64,000 bases of DNA, from positions 22,444,001-22,508,000 of the forward strand of contig OZ059895.1 of the NCBI GenBank assembly GCA_964057225.1, read 5' to 3'. Position 1 is the stretch's first letter. Every line of letters begins with the position of its first letter. Shown in pieces: positions 1 to 13,887 of this stretch. The translations under genes were made by a program, and so were the position numbers. Origin of the DNA: Auanema rhodensis. Taxonomy: Eukaryota; Animalia; Nematoda. The notes under the pieces are model-generated. The model did not search any database, was not told where the DNA came from, and saw only the letters and a program-made list of their open reading frames with translations.

Positions 1-48
1 TTATGCTAATTAAGTGAACACATGATGTGCACTTGGTATGTAACTCGC

Positions 49-58
49 TTCACGTGAA
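49..58. other. Perfect 10-bp palindrome TTCACGTGAA (E-box/G-box core CACGTG), present in most monomers; first copy shown
   Basis: Read directly at monomer positions 49-58. The common alternative allele is TTCACGTCAA. Function is unknown. Confidence 0.85.
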
Positions 59-135
59 AGATAAAGAGATGTGGTTTTCAAAATAGATTTCCCATGTCCA
101 TATTAGTCTAAAAACGAATTTTTATTGATATTGAT

Positions 136-150
136 TCATGGTAACCATGA
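136..150. other. Dyad symmetry TCATGGT-A-ACCATGA (core CATGGTAACCATG), recurring in many monomers; first copy shown
   Basis: Read directly: 6-7 bp arms around a single central A. It is disrupted in the GGCAACC, GCTTGG and GGATGG alleles. Confidence 0.8.
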
Positions 151-3100
151 CTTTGAAATTTACGTGAACTTTAATTTATGCTAATTAAGTGTACACGTGA
201 TGTGCACTCGGTATGTAACTCGCTTCACGTGAAATATGAAGAGATGCGGTTTTCAAAATCAGATTCCCCATGTCCATATTAGTCTAAAAACAAATTTTTA
301 TTGATATTGGTGCATGGCAACCATGACTTTAAAATTTACGTGAACTTTAATTTATGCTAATTAAGTGTACACATGATGTGCACTTGGTATGTAACTCGCT
401 TCACGTCAAAGATAAAGAGATGCGGTTTTCAAAATTAGATTCCCCATTTCCATATTAGTCTAAAAACGAATTTTTATTGATATTGATGCATGGTAACCAT
501 GACTTTGAAATTTACGTGAACTTTAATTTATGCTAATTAAGTGTACACATGATGTGCGCTTGGTATGTAACTCGCTTCACGTGAAAGATAAAGAGATGCG
601 GTTTTCAAAATTAGATTCCCCATTTCCATATTAGTCTAAAAACGAATTTTTATTGATATTGATGCATGGTAACCATGACTTTGAAATTTACGTGAACTTT
701 AATTTATGCTTATTAAGTGTACACGTGATGTGCACTTGGTATGTAACTTGCTTCACGTCAAAGATAAAGAGATGCGGTTTTCAAAATTAGATTCCCCATG
801 TCCATATTAGTCTAAAAACAAATTTTTATTAATATTGGTGCTTGGTAACCATGACTTTGAAATTTACGTGAACTTTAATTTATGCTAATTAAGTGTACAC
901 GTGATGTGCACTCGGTATGTAACTCGCTTCACGTGAAAGATAGAGAGATGCGGTTTTCAAAATAGATTCCCCATGTCCATATTAGTCTAAAAACGAATTT
1001 TTATTAATATTGGTGCTTGGTAACCATGACTTTGAAATTTACGTGAACTTTAATATATGCTTATTAAGTGTACACGTGATGTGCACTTGGTATGTAACTC
1101 GCTTCACGTGAAAGATAAAGGGATGCGGTTTTCAAAATTAGATTCCCCATGTCCATATTAGTCTAAAAACAAATTTTTGTTGATATTGGTGCTTGGTAAC
1201 CATGACTTTGAAATTTACGTGAACTTTAATTTATGCTAATTAAGTGAACACATGATGTGCACTTGGTATGTAACTCGCTTCACGTGAAAGATAAAGAGAT
1301 GTGGTTTTCAAAAAAGATTTCCCATGTCCATATTAGTCTAAAAACGAATTTTTATTGATATTGATTCATGGTAACCATGACTTTGAAATTTACGTGAACT
1401 TTAATTTATGCTAATTAAGTGTACACGTGATGTGCACTCGGTATGTAACTCGCTTCACGTGAAATATGAAGAGATGCGGTTTTCGAAATCAGATTCCCCA
1501 TGTCCATATTAGTCTAAAAACAAATTTTTATTGATATTGGTGCATGGCAACCATGACTTTAAAATTTACGTGAACTTTAATTTATGCTAATTAAGTGTAC
1601 ACATGATGTGCACTTGGTATGTAACTCGCTTCACGTCAAAGATAAAGAGATGCGGTTTTCAAAATTAGATTTCGCATGTCCATATTAGTCTAAAAACAAA
1701 TTTTTATTGATATTGGTGCATGGTAACCATGACTTTAAAATTTACGTGAACTTTAATTTATGCTAATTAAGTGTACACATGATGTGCGCTTGGTATGTAA
1801 CTCGCTTCACGTGAAAGATAAAGAGATGCGGTTTTCAAAATTAGATTCCTCATGTCCATATTAGTCTAAAAACGAATTTTTATTGATATTGATGCATGGT
1901 AACCATGACTTTGAAATTTACGTGAACTTTAATTTATGCTTATTAAGTGTACACATGATGTGCGCTTGGTATGTAACTCGCTTCACGTGAAAGATACAGA
2001 GATGCGGTTTTCAAAATTAGATTCCTCATGTCCATATTAGTCTAAAAACGAATTTTTATTGATATTGATGCATGGTAACCATGACTTTGAAATTTACGTG
2101 AACTTTAATTTATGCTTATTAAGTGTACACGTGATGTGCACTTGGTATGTTACTTGCTTCACGTGAAAGATAAAGGGATGCGGTTTTCAAAATTAGATTC
2201 CCCATTTCCATATTAGTCTAAAAACGAATTTTTATTGATATTGATGCATGGTAACCATGACTTTGAAATTTACGTGAACTTTAATTTATGCTTATTAAGT
2301 GTACACGTGATGTGCACTTGGTATGTAACTTGCTTCACGTCAAAGATAAAGAGATGCGGTTTTCAAAATTAGATTCCCCATGTCCATATTAGTCTAAAAA
2401 CAAATTTTTATTAATATTGGTGCTTGGTAACCATGACTTTGAAATTTACGTGAACTTTAATTTATGCTAATTAAGTGTACACGTGATGTGCACTCGGTAT
2501 GTAACTCGCTTCACGTGAAAGATAGAGAGATGCGGTTTTCAAAATAGATTCCCCATGTCCATATTAGTCTAAAAACGAATTTTTATTAATATTGGTGCTT
2601 GGTAACCATGACTTTGAAATTTACGTGAACTTTAATTTATGCTAATTAAGTGAACACATGATGTGCACTTGGTATGTAACTCGCTTCACGTGAAAGATAA
2701 AGAGATGCGGTTTTCAAAATTAGATTCCCCATTTCCATATTAGTCTAAAAACGAATTTTTATTGATATTGATGCATGGTAACCATGACTTTGAAATTTAC
2801 GTGAACTTTAATATATGCTTATTAAGTGTACACGTGATGTGCACTTGGTATGTAACTCGCTTCACGTGAAAGATAAAGGGATGCGGTTTTCAAAATTAGA
2901 TTCCCCATGTCCATATTAGTCTAAAAACAAATTTTTGTTGATATTGGTGCTTGGTAACCATGACTTTGAAATTTACGTGAACTTTAATTTATGCTAATTA
3001 AGTGAACACATGATGTGCACTTGGTATGTAACTCGCTTCACGTGAAAGATAAAGAGATGTGGTTTTCAAAAAAGATTTCCCATGTCCATATTAGTCTAAA

Positions 3101-6100
3101 AACGAATTTTTATTGATATTGATTCATGGTAACCATGACTTTGAAATTTACGTGAACTTTAATTTATGCTAATTAAGTGTACACGTGATGTGCACTCGGT
3201 ATGTAACTCGCTTCACGTGAAATATGAAGAGATGCGGTTTTCGAAATCAGATTCCCCATGTCCATATTAGTCTAAAAACAAATTTTTATTGATATTGGTG
3301 CATGGCAACCATGACTTTAAAATTTACGTGAACTTTAATTTATGCTAATTAAGTGTACACATGATGTGCACTTGGTATGTAACTCGCTTCACGTCAAAGA
3401 TAAAGAGATGCGGTTTTCAAAATTAGATTTCGCATGTCCATATTAGTCTAAAAACAAATTTTTATTGATATTGGTGCATGGTAACCATGACTTTAAAATT
3501 TACGTGAACTTTAATTTATGCTAATTAAGTGTACACATGATGTGCGCTTGGTATGTAACTCGCTTCACGTGAAAGATAAAGAGATGCGGTTTTCAAAATT
3601 AGATTCCTCATGTCCATATTAGTCTAAAAACGAATTTTTATTGATATTGATGCATGGTAACCATGACTTTGAAATTTACGTGAACTTTAATTTATGCTTA
3701 TTAAGTGTACACATGATGTGCGCTTGGTATGTAACTCGCTTCACGTGAAAGATACAGAGATGCGGTTTTCAAAATTAGATTCCTCATGTCCATATTAGTC
3801 TAAAAACGAATTTTTATTGATATTGATGCATGGTAACCATGACTTTGAAATTTACGTGAACTTTAATTTATGCTTATTAAGTGTACACGTGATGTGCACT
3901 TGGTATGTTACTTGCTTCACGTGAAAGATAAAGGGATGCGGTTTTCAAAATTAGATTCCCCATTTCCATATTAGTCTAAAAACGAATTTTTATTGATATT
4001 GATGCATGGTAACCATGACTTTGAAATTTACGTGAACTTTAATTTATGCTTATTAAGTGTACACGTGATGTGCACTTGGTATGTAACTTGCTTCACGTCA
4101 AAGATAAAGAGATGCGGTTTTCAAAATTAGATTCCCCATGTCCATATTAGTCTAAAAACAAATTTTTATTAATATTGGTGCTTGGTAACCATGACTTTGA
4201 AATTTACGTGAACTTTAATTTATGCTAATTAAGTGTACACGTGATGTGCACTCGGTATGTAACTCGCTTCACGTGAAAGATAGAGAGATGCGGTTTTCAA
4301 AATAGATTCCCCATGTCCATATTAGTCTAAAAACGAATTTTTATTAATATTGGTGCTTGGTAACCATGACTTTGAAATTTACGTGAACTTTAATTTATGC
4401 TAATTAAGTGAACACATGATGTGCACTTGGTATGTAACTCGCTTCACGTGAAAGATAAAGAGATGCGGTTTTCAAAATTAGATTCCCCATTTCCATATTA
4501 GTCTAAAAACGAATTTTTATTGATATTGATGCATGGTAACCATGACTTTGAAATTTACGTGAACTTTAATATATGCTTATTAAGTGTACACGTGATGTGC
4601 ACTTGGTATGTAACTCGCTTCACGTGAAAGATAAAGGGATGCGGTTTTCAAAATTAGATTCCCCATGTCCATATTAGTCTAAAAACAAATTTTTGTTGAT
4701 ATTGGTGCTTGGTAACCATGACTTTGAAATTTACGTGAACTTTAATTTATGCTAATTAAGTGAACACATGATGTGCACTTGGTATGTAACTCGCTTCACG
4801 TGAAAGATAAAGAGATGTGGTTTCCAAAAAAGATTTCCCATGTCCATATTAGTCTAAAAACGAATTTTTATTGATATTGATTCATGGTAACCATGACTTT
4901 GAAATTTACGTGAACTTTAATTTATGCTAATTAAGTGTACACGTGATGTGCACTCGGTATGTAACTCGCTTCACGTGAAATATGAAGAGATGCGGTTTTC
5001 GAAATCAGATTCCCCATGTCCATATTAGTCTAAAAACAAATTTTTATTGATATTGGTGCATGGCAACCATGACTTTAAAATTTACGTGAACTTTAATTTA
5101 TGCTAATTAAGTGTACACATGATGTGCACTTGGTATGTAACTCGCTTCACGTCAAAGATAAAGAGATGCGGTTTTCAAAATTAGATTTCGCATGTCCATA
5201 TTAGTCTAAAAACAAATTTTTATTGATATTGGTGCATGGTAACCATGACTTTAAAATTTACGTGAACTTTAATTTATGCTAATTAAGTGTACACATGATG
5301 TGCGCTTGGTATGTAACTCGCTTCACGTGAAAGATAAAGAGATGCGGTTTTCAAAATTAGATTCCTCATGTCCATATTAGTCTAAAAACGAATTTTTATT
5401 GATATTGATGCATGGTAACCATGACTTTGAAATTTGCGTGAACTTTAATTTATGCTAATTAAGTGTACACATGATGTGCACTTGGTATGTAACTCGCTTC
5501 ACGTCAAAGATAAAGAGATGCGGTTTTCAAAATTAGATTCCCCATTTCCATATTAGTCTAAAAACGAATTTTTATTGATATTGATGCATGGTAACCATGA
5601 CTTTGAAATTTACGTGAACTTTAATTTATGCTAATTAAGTGTACACATGATGTGCGCTTGGTATGTAACTCGCTTCACGTGAAAGATAAAGAGATGCGGT
5701 TTTCAAAATTAGATTCCCCATTTCCATATTAGTCTAAAAACGAATTTTTATTGATATTGATGCATGGTAACCATGACTTTGAAATTTACGTGAACTTTAA
5801 TTTATGCTTATTAAGTGTACACGTGATGTGCACTTGGTATGTAACTTGCTTCACGTCAAAGATAAAGAGATGCGGTTTTCAAAATTAGATTCCCCATGTC
5901 CATATTAGTCTAAAAACAAATTTTTATTAATATTGGTGCTTGGTAACCATGACTTTGAAATTTACGTGAACTTTAATTTATGCTAATTAAGTGTACACGT
6001 GATGTGCACTCGGTATGTAACTCGCTTCACGTGAAAGATAGAGAGATGCGGTTTTCAAAATAGATTCCCCATGTCCATATTAGTCTAAAAACGAATTTTT

Positions 6101-9100
6101 ATTAATATTGGTGCTTGGTAACCATGACTTTGAAATTTACGTGAACTTTAATTTATGCTAATTAAGTGAACACATGATGTGCACTTGGTATGTAACTCGC
6201 TTCACGTGAAAGATAAAGAGATGCGGTTTTCAAAATTAGATTCCCCATTTCCATATTAGTCTAAAAACGAATTTTTATTGATATTGATGCATGGTAACCA
6301 TGACTTTGAAATTTACGTGAACTTTAATATATGCTTATTAAGTGTACACGTGATGTGCACTTGGTATGTAACTCGCTTCACGTGAAAGATAAAGGGATGC
6401 GGTTTTCAAAATTAGATTCCCCATGTCCATATTAGTCTAAAAACAAATTTTTGTTGATATTGGTGCTTGGTAACCATGACTTTGAAATTTACGTGAACTT
6501 TAATTTATGCTAATTAAGTGAACACATGATGTGCACTTGGTATGTAACTCGCTTCACGTGAAAGATAAAGAGATGTGGTTTTCAAAAAAGATTTCCCATG
6601 TCCATATTAGTCTAAAAACGAATTTTTATTGATATTGATTCATGGTAACCATGACTTTGAAATTTACGTGAACTTTAATTTATGCTAATTAAGTGTACAC
6701 GTGATGTGCACTCGGTATGTAACTCGCTTCACGTGAAATATGAAGAGATGCGGTTTTCGAAATCAGATTCCCCATGTCCATATTAGTCTAAAAACAAATT
6801 TTTATTGATATTGGTGCATGGCAACCATGACTTTAAAATTTACGTGAACTTTAATTTATGCTAATTAAGTGTACACATGATGTGCACTTGGTATGTAACT
6901 CGCTTCACGTCAAAGATAAAGAGATGCGGTTTTCAAAATTAGATTTCGCATGTCCATATTAGTCTAAAAACAAATTTTTATTGATATTGGTGCATGGTAA
7001 CCATGACTTTAAAATTTACGTGAACTTTAATTTATGCTAATTAAGTGTACACATGATGTGCGCTTGGTATGTAACTCGCTTCACGTGAAAGATAAAGAGA
7101 TGCGGTTTCCAAAATTAGATTCCTCATGTCCATATTAGTCTAAAAACGAATTTTTATTGATATTGATGCATGGTAACCATGACTTTGAAATTTACGTGAA
7201 CTTTAATTTATGCTAATTAAGTGTACACATGATGTGCGCTTGGTATGTAACTCGCTTCACGTGAAAGATAAAGAGATGCGGTTTTCAAAATTAGATTCCC
7301 CATTTCCATATTAGTCTAAAAACGAATTTTTATTGATATTGATGCATGGTAACCATGACTTTGAAATTTACGTGAACTTTAATTTATGCTTATTAAGTGT
7401 ACACGTGATGTGCACTTGGTATGTAACTTGCTTCACGTGAAAGATAAAGAGATGCGGTTTTCAAAATTAGATTCCCCATGTCCATATTAGTCTAAAAACA
7501 AATTTTTATTAATATTGGTGCTTGGTAACCATGACTTTGAAATTTACGTGAACTTTAATTTATGCTAATTAAGTGTACACGTGATGTGCACTCGGTATGT
7601 AACTCGCTTCACGTGAAAGATAGAGAGATGCGGTTTTCAAAATAGATTCCCCATGTCCATATTAGTCTAAAAACGAATTTTTATTAATATTGGTGCTTGG
7701 TAACCATGACTTTGAAATTTACGTGAACTTTAATATATGCTTATTAAGTGTACACGTGATGTGCACTTGGTATGTAACTCGCTTCACGTGAAAGATAAAG
7801 GGATGCGGTTTTCAAAATTAGATTCCCCATGTCCATATTAGTCTAAAAACAAATTTTTGTTGATATTGGTGCTTGGTAACCATGACTTTGAAATTTACGT
7901 GAACTTTAATTTATGCTAATTAAGTGAACACATGATGTGCACTTGGTATGTAACTCGCTTCACGTGAAAGATAAAGAGATGTGGTTTTCAAAAAAGATTT
8001 CCCATGTCCATATTAGTCTAAAAACGAATTTTTATTGATATTGATTCATGGTAACCATGACTTTGAAATTTACGTGAACTTTAATTTATGCTAATTAACT
8101 GTACACGTGATGTGCACTCGGTATGTAACTCGCTTCACGTGAAATATGAAGAGATGCGGTTTTCGAAATCAGATTCCCCATGTCCATATTAGTCTAAAAA
8201 CAAATTTTTATTGATATTGGTGCATGGCAACCATGACTTTAAAATTTACGTGAACTTTAATTTATGCTAATTAAGTGTACACATGATGTGCACTTGGTAT
8301 GTAACTCGCTTCACGTCAAAGATAAAGAGATGCGGTTTTCAAAATTAGATTTCGCATGTCCATATTAGTCTAAAAACAAATTTTTATTGATATTGGTGCA
8401 TGGTAACCATGACTTTAAAATTTACGTGAACTTTAATTTATGCTAATTAAGTGTACACATGATGTGCGCTTGGTATGTAACTCGCTTCACGTGAAAGATA
8501 AAGAGATGCGGTTTTCAAAATTAGATTCCTCATGTCCATATTAGTCTAAAAACGAATTTTTATTGATATTGATGCATGGTAACCATGACTTTGAAATTTA
8601 CGTGAACTTTAATTTATGCTTATTAAGTGTACACATGATGTGCGCTTGGTATGTAACTCGCTTCACGTGAAAGATACAGAGATGCGGTTTTCAAAATTAG
8701 ATTCCTCATGTCCATATTAGTCTAAAAACGAATTTTTATTGATATTGATGCATGGTAACCATGACTTTGAAATTTACGTGAACTTTAATTTATGCTTATT
8801 AAGTGTACACGTGATGTGCACTTGGTATGTTACTTGCTTCACGTGAAAGATAAAGGGATGCGGTTTTCAAAATTAGATTCCCCATTTCCATATTAGTCTA
8901 AAAACGAATTTTTATTGATATTGATGCATGGTAACCATGACTTTGAAATTTACGTGAACTTTAATTTATGCTTATTAAGTGTACACGTGATGTGCACTTG
9001 GTATGTAACTTGCTTCACGTCAAAGATAAAGAGATGCGGTTTTCAAAATTAGATTCCCCATGTCCATATTAGTCTAAAAACAAATTTTTATTAATATTGG

Positions 9101-12100
9101 TGCTTGGTAACCATGACTTTGAAATTTACGTGAACTTTAATTTATGCTAATTAAGTGTACACGTGATGTGCACTCGGTATGTAACTCGCTTCACGTGAAA
9201 GATAGAGAGATGCGGTTTTCAAAATAGATTCCCCATGTCCATATTAGTCTAAAAACGAATTTTTATTAATATTGGTGCTTGGTAACCATGACTTTGAAAT
9301 TTACGTGAACTTTAATTTATGCTAATTAAGTGAACACATGATGTGCACTTGGTATGTAACTCGCTTCACGTGAAAGATAAAGAGATGCGGTTTTCAAAAT
9401 TAGATTCCCCATTTCCATATTAGTCTAAAAACGAATTTTTATTGATATTGATGCATGGTAACCATGACTTTGAAATTTACGTGAACTTTAATATATGCTT
9501 ATTAAGTGTACACGTGATGTGCACTTGGTATGTAACTCGCTTCACGTGAAAGATAAAGGGATGCGGTTTTCAAAATTAGATTCCCCATGTCCATATTAGT
9601 CTAAAAACAAATTTTTGTTGATATTGGTGCTTGGTAACCATGACTTTGAAATTTACGTGAACTTTAATTTATGCTAATTAAGTGAACACATGATGTGCAC
9701 TTGGTATGTAACTCGCTTCACGTGAAAGATAAAGAGATGTGGTTTCCAAAAAAGATTTCCCATGTCCATATTAGTCTAAAAACGAATTTTTATTGATATT
9801 GATTCATGGTAACCATGACTTTGAAATTTACGTGAACTTTAATTTATGCTAATTAAGTGTACACGTGATGTGCACTCGGTATGTAACTCGCTTCACGTGA
9901 AATATGAAGAGATGCGGTTTTCGAAATCAGATTCCCCATGTCCATATTAGTCTAAAAACAAATTTTTATTGATATTGGTGCATGGCAACCATGACTTTAA
10001 AATTTACGTGAACTTTAATTTATGCTAATTAAGTGTACACATGATGTGCACTTGGTATGTAACTCGCTTCACGTCAAAGATAAAGAGATGCGGTTTTCAA
10101 AATTAGATTTCGCATGTCCATATTAGTCTAAAAACAAATTTTTATTGATATTGGTGCATGGTAACCATGACTTTAAAATTTACGTGAACTTTAATTTATG
10201 CTAATTAAGTGTACACATGATGTGCGCTTGGTATGTAACTCGCTTCACGTGAAAGATAAAGAGATGCGGTTTTCAAAATTAGATTCCTCATGTCCATATT
10301 AGTCTAAAAACGAATTTTTATTGATATTGATGCATGGTAACCATGACTTTGAAATTTGCGTGAACTTTAATTTATGCTAATTAAGTGTACACATGATGTG
10401 CACTTGGTATGTAACTCGCTTCACGTCAAAGATAAAGAGATGCGGTTTTCAAAATTAGATTCCCCATTTCCATATTAGTCTAAAAACGAATTTTTATTGA
10501 TATTGATGCATGGTAACCATGACTTTGAAATTTACGTGAACTTTAATTTATGCTAATTAAGTGTACACATGATGTGCGCTTGGTATGTAACTCGCTTCAC
10601 GTGAAAGATAAAGAGATGCGGTTTTCAAAATTAGATTCCCCATTTCCATATTAGTCTAAAAACGAATTTTTATTGATATTGATGCATGGTAACCATGACT
10701 TTGAAATTTACGTGAACTTTAATTTATGCTTATTAAGTGTACACGTGATGTGCACTTGGTATGTAACTTGCTTCACGTCAAAGATAAAGAGATGCGGTTT
10801 TCAAAATTAGATTCCCCATGTCCATATTAGTCTAAAAACAAATTTTTATTAATATTGGTGCTTGGTAACCATGACTTTGAAATTTACGTGAACTTTAATT
10901 TATGCTAATTAAGTGTACACGTGATGTGCACTCGGTATGTAACTCGCTTCACGTGAAAGATAGAGAGATGCGGTTTTCAAAATAGATTCCCCATGTCCAT
11001 ATTAGTCTAAAAACGAATTTTTATTAATATTGGTGCTTGGTAACCATGACTTTGAAATTTACGTGAACTTTAATTTATGCTAATTAAGTGAACACATGAT
11101 GTGCACTTGGTATGTAACTCGCTTCACGTGAAAGATAAAGAGATGCGGTTTTCAAAATTAGATTCCCCATTTCCATATTAGTCTAAAAACGAATTTTTAT
11201 TGATATTGATGCATGGTAACCATGACTTTGAAATTTACGTGAACTTTAATATATGCTTATTAAGTGTACACGTGATGTGCACTTGGTATGTAACTCGCTT
11301 CACGTGAAAGATAAAGGGATGCGGTTTTCAAAATTAGATTCCCCATGTCCATATTAGTCTAAAAACAAATTTTTGTTGATATTGGTGCTTGGTAACCATG
11401 ACTTTGAAATTTACGTGAACTTTAATTTATGCTAATTAAGTGAACACATGATGTGCACTTGGTATGTAACTCGCTTCACGTGAAAGATAAAGAGATGTGG
11501 TTTTCAAGAAAGATTTCCCATGTCCATATTAGTCTAAAAACGAATTTTTATTGATATTGATTCATGGTAACCATGACTTTGAAATTTACGTGAACTTTAA
11601 TTTATGCTAATTAAGTGTACACGTGATGTGCACTCGGTATGTAACTCGCTTCACGTGAAATATGAAGAGATGCGGTTTTCGAAATCAGATTCCCCATGTC
11701 CATATTAGTCTAAAAACAAATTTTTATTGATATTGGTGCATGGCAACCATGACTTTAAAATTTACGTGAACTTTAATTTATGCTAATTAAGTGTACACAT
11801 GATGTGCACTTGGTATGTAACTCGCTTCACGTCAAAGATAAAGAGATGCGGTTTTCAAAATTAGATTTCGCATGTCCATATTAGTCTAAAAACAAATTTT
11901 TATTGATATTGGTGCATGGTAACCATGACTTTAAAATTTACGTGAACTTTAATTTATGCTAATTAAGTGTACACATGATGTGCGCTTGGTATGTAACTCG
12001 CTTCACGTGAAAGATAAAGAGATGCGGTTTCCAAAATTAGATTCCTCATGTCCATATTAGTCTAAAAACGAATTTTTATTGATATTGATGCATGGTAACC

Positions 12101-13887
12101 ATGACTTTGAAATTTACGTGAACTTTAATTTATGCTAATTAAGTGTACACATGATGTGCACTTGGTATGTAACTCGCTTCACGTCAAAGATAAAGAGATG
12201 CGGTTTTCAAAATTAGATTCCCCATTTCCATATTAGTCTAAAAACGAATTTTTATTGATATTGATGCATGGTAACCATGACTTTGAAATTTACGTGAACT
12301 TTAATTTATGCTAATTAAGTGTACACATGATGTGCGCTTGGTATGTAACTCGCTTCACGTGAAAGATAAAGAGATGCGGTTTTCAAAATTAGATTCCCCA
12401 TTTCCATATTAGTCTAAAAACGAATTTTTATTGATATTGATGCATGGTAACCATGACTTTGAAATTTACGTGAACTTTAATTTATGCTTATTAAGTGTAC
12501 ACGTGATGTGCACTTGGTATGTAACTTGCTTCACGTCAAAGATAAAGAGATGCGGTTTTCAAAATTAGATTCCCCATGTCCATATTAGTCTAAAAACAAA
12601 TTTTTATTAATATTCGTGCTTGGTAACCATGACTTTGAAATTTACGTGAACTTTAATTTATGCTAATTAAGTGTACACGTGATGTGCACTCGGTATGTAA
12701 CTCGCTTCACGTGAAAGATAGAGAGATGCGGTTTTCAAAATAGATTCCCCATGTCCATATTAGTCTAAAAACGAATTTTTATTAATATTGGTGCTTGGTA
12801 ACCATGACTTTGAAATTTACGTGAACTTTAATTTATGCTAATTAAGTGAACACATGATGTGCACTTGGTATGTAACTCGCTTCACGTGAAAGATAAAGAG
12901 ATGCGGTTTTCAAAATTAGATTCCACATTTCCATATTAGTCTAAAAACGAATTTTTATTGATATTGATGCATGGTAACCATGACTTTGAAATTTACGTGA
13001 ACTTTAATATATGCTTATTAAGTGTACACGTGATGTGCACTTGGTATGTAACTCGCTTCACGTGAAAGATAAAGGGATGCGGTTTTCAAAATTAGATTCC
13101 CCATGTCCATATTAGTCTAAAAACAAATTTTTGTTGATATTGGTGCTTGGTAACCATGACTTTGAAATTTACGTGAACTTTAATTTATGCTAATTAAGTG
13201 AACACATGATGTGCACTTGGTATGTAACTCGCTTCACGTGAAAGATAAAGAGATGTGGTTTTCAAAAAAGATTTCCCATGTCCATATTAGTCTAAAAACG
13301 AATTTTTATTGATATTGATTCATGGTAACCATGACTTTGAAATTTACGTGAACTTTAATTTATGCTAATTAAGTGTACACGTGATGTGCACTCGGTATGT
13401 AACTCGCTTCACGTGAAATATGAAGAGATGCGGTTTTCGAAATCAGATTCCCCATGTCCATATTAGTCTAAAAACAAATTTTTATTGATATTGGTGCATG
13501 GCAACCATGACTTTAAAATTTACGTGAACTTTAATTTATGCTAATTAAGTGTACACATGATGTGCACTTGGTATGTAACTCGCTTCACGTCAAAGATAAA
13601 GAGATGCGGTTTTCAAAATTAGATTTCGCATGTGCATATTAGTCTAAAAACAAATTTTTATTGATATTGGTGCATGGTAACCATGACTTTAAAATTTACG
13701 TGAACTTTAATTTATGCTAATTAAGTGTACACATGATGTGCGCTTGGTATGTAACTCGCTTCACGTGAAAGATAAAGAGATGCGGTTTTCAAAATTAGAT
13801 TCCTCATGCCCATATTAGTCTAAAAACGAATTTTTATTGATATTGATGCATGGTAACCATGACTTTGAAATTTACGTGAACTTTAAT

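Larger units (their letters stand above)
1..13887 (+). repeat. 10-monomer higher-order repeat domain (1758-bp unit, with 7-mer and 8-mer deletion variants)
   Basis: The anchor monomer (GTGAACAC...GAGATGTGG...AGATTTCCC...GATTCATGG) recurs at 1, 1231, 2989, 4747, 6505, 7911, 9669, 11427 and 13185. Spacings are 1230, 1758, 1758, 1758, 1406, 1758, 1758, 1758 (1758 = 8x176 + 2x175). Confidence 0.93.

Noticed and set aside
1-176. Identity with Brassica CentBr, Arabidopsis CEN178 or primate alpha satellite; canonical CENP-B box
   Set aside because: Only the length is similar. The sequence does not match those consensuses as I recall them, and no TTCGNNNNANNCGGG motif was seen.
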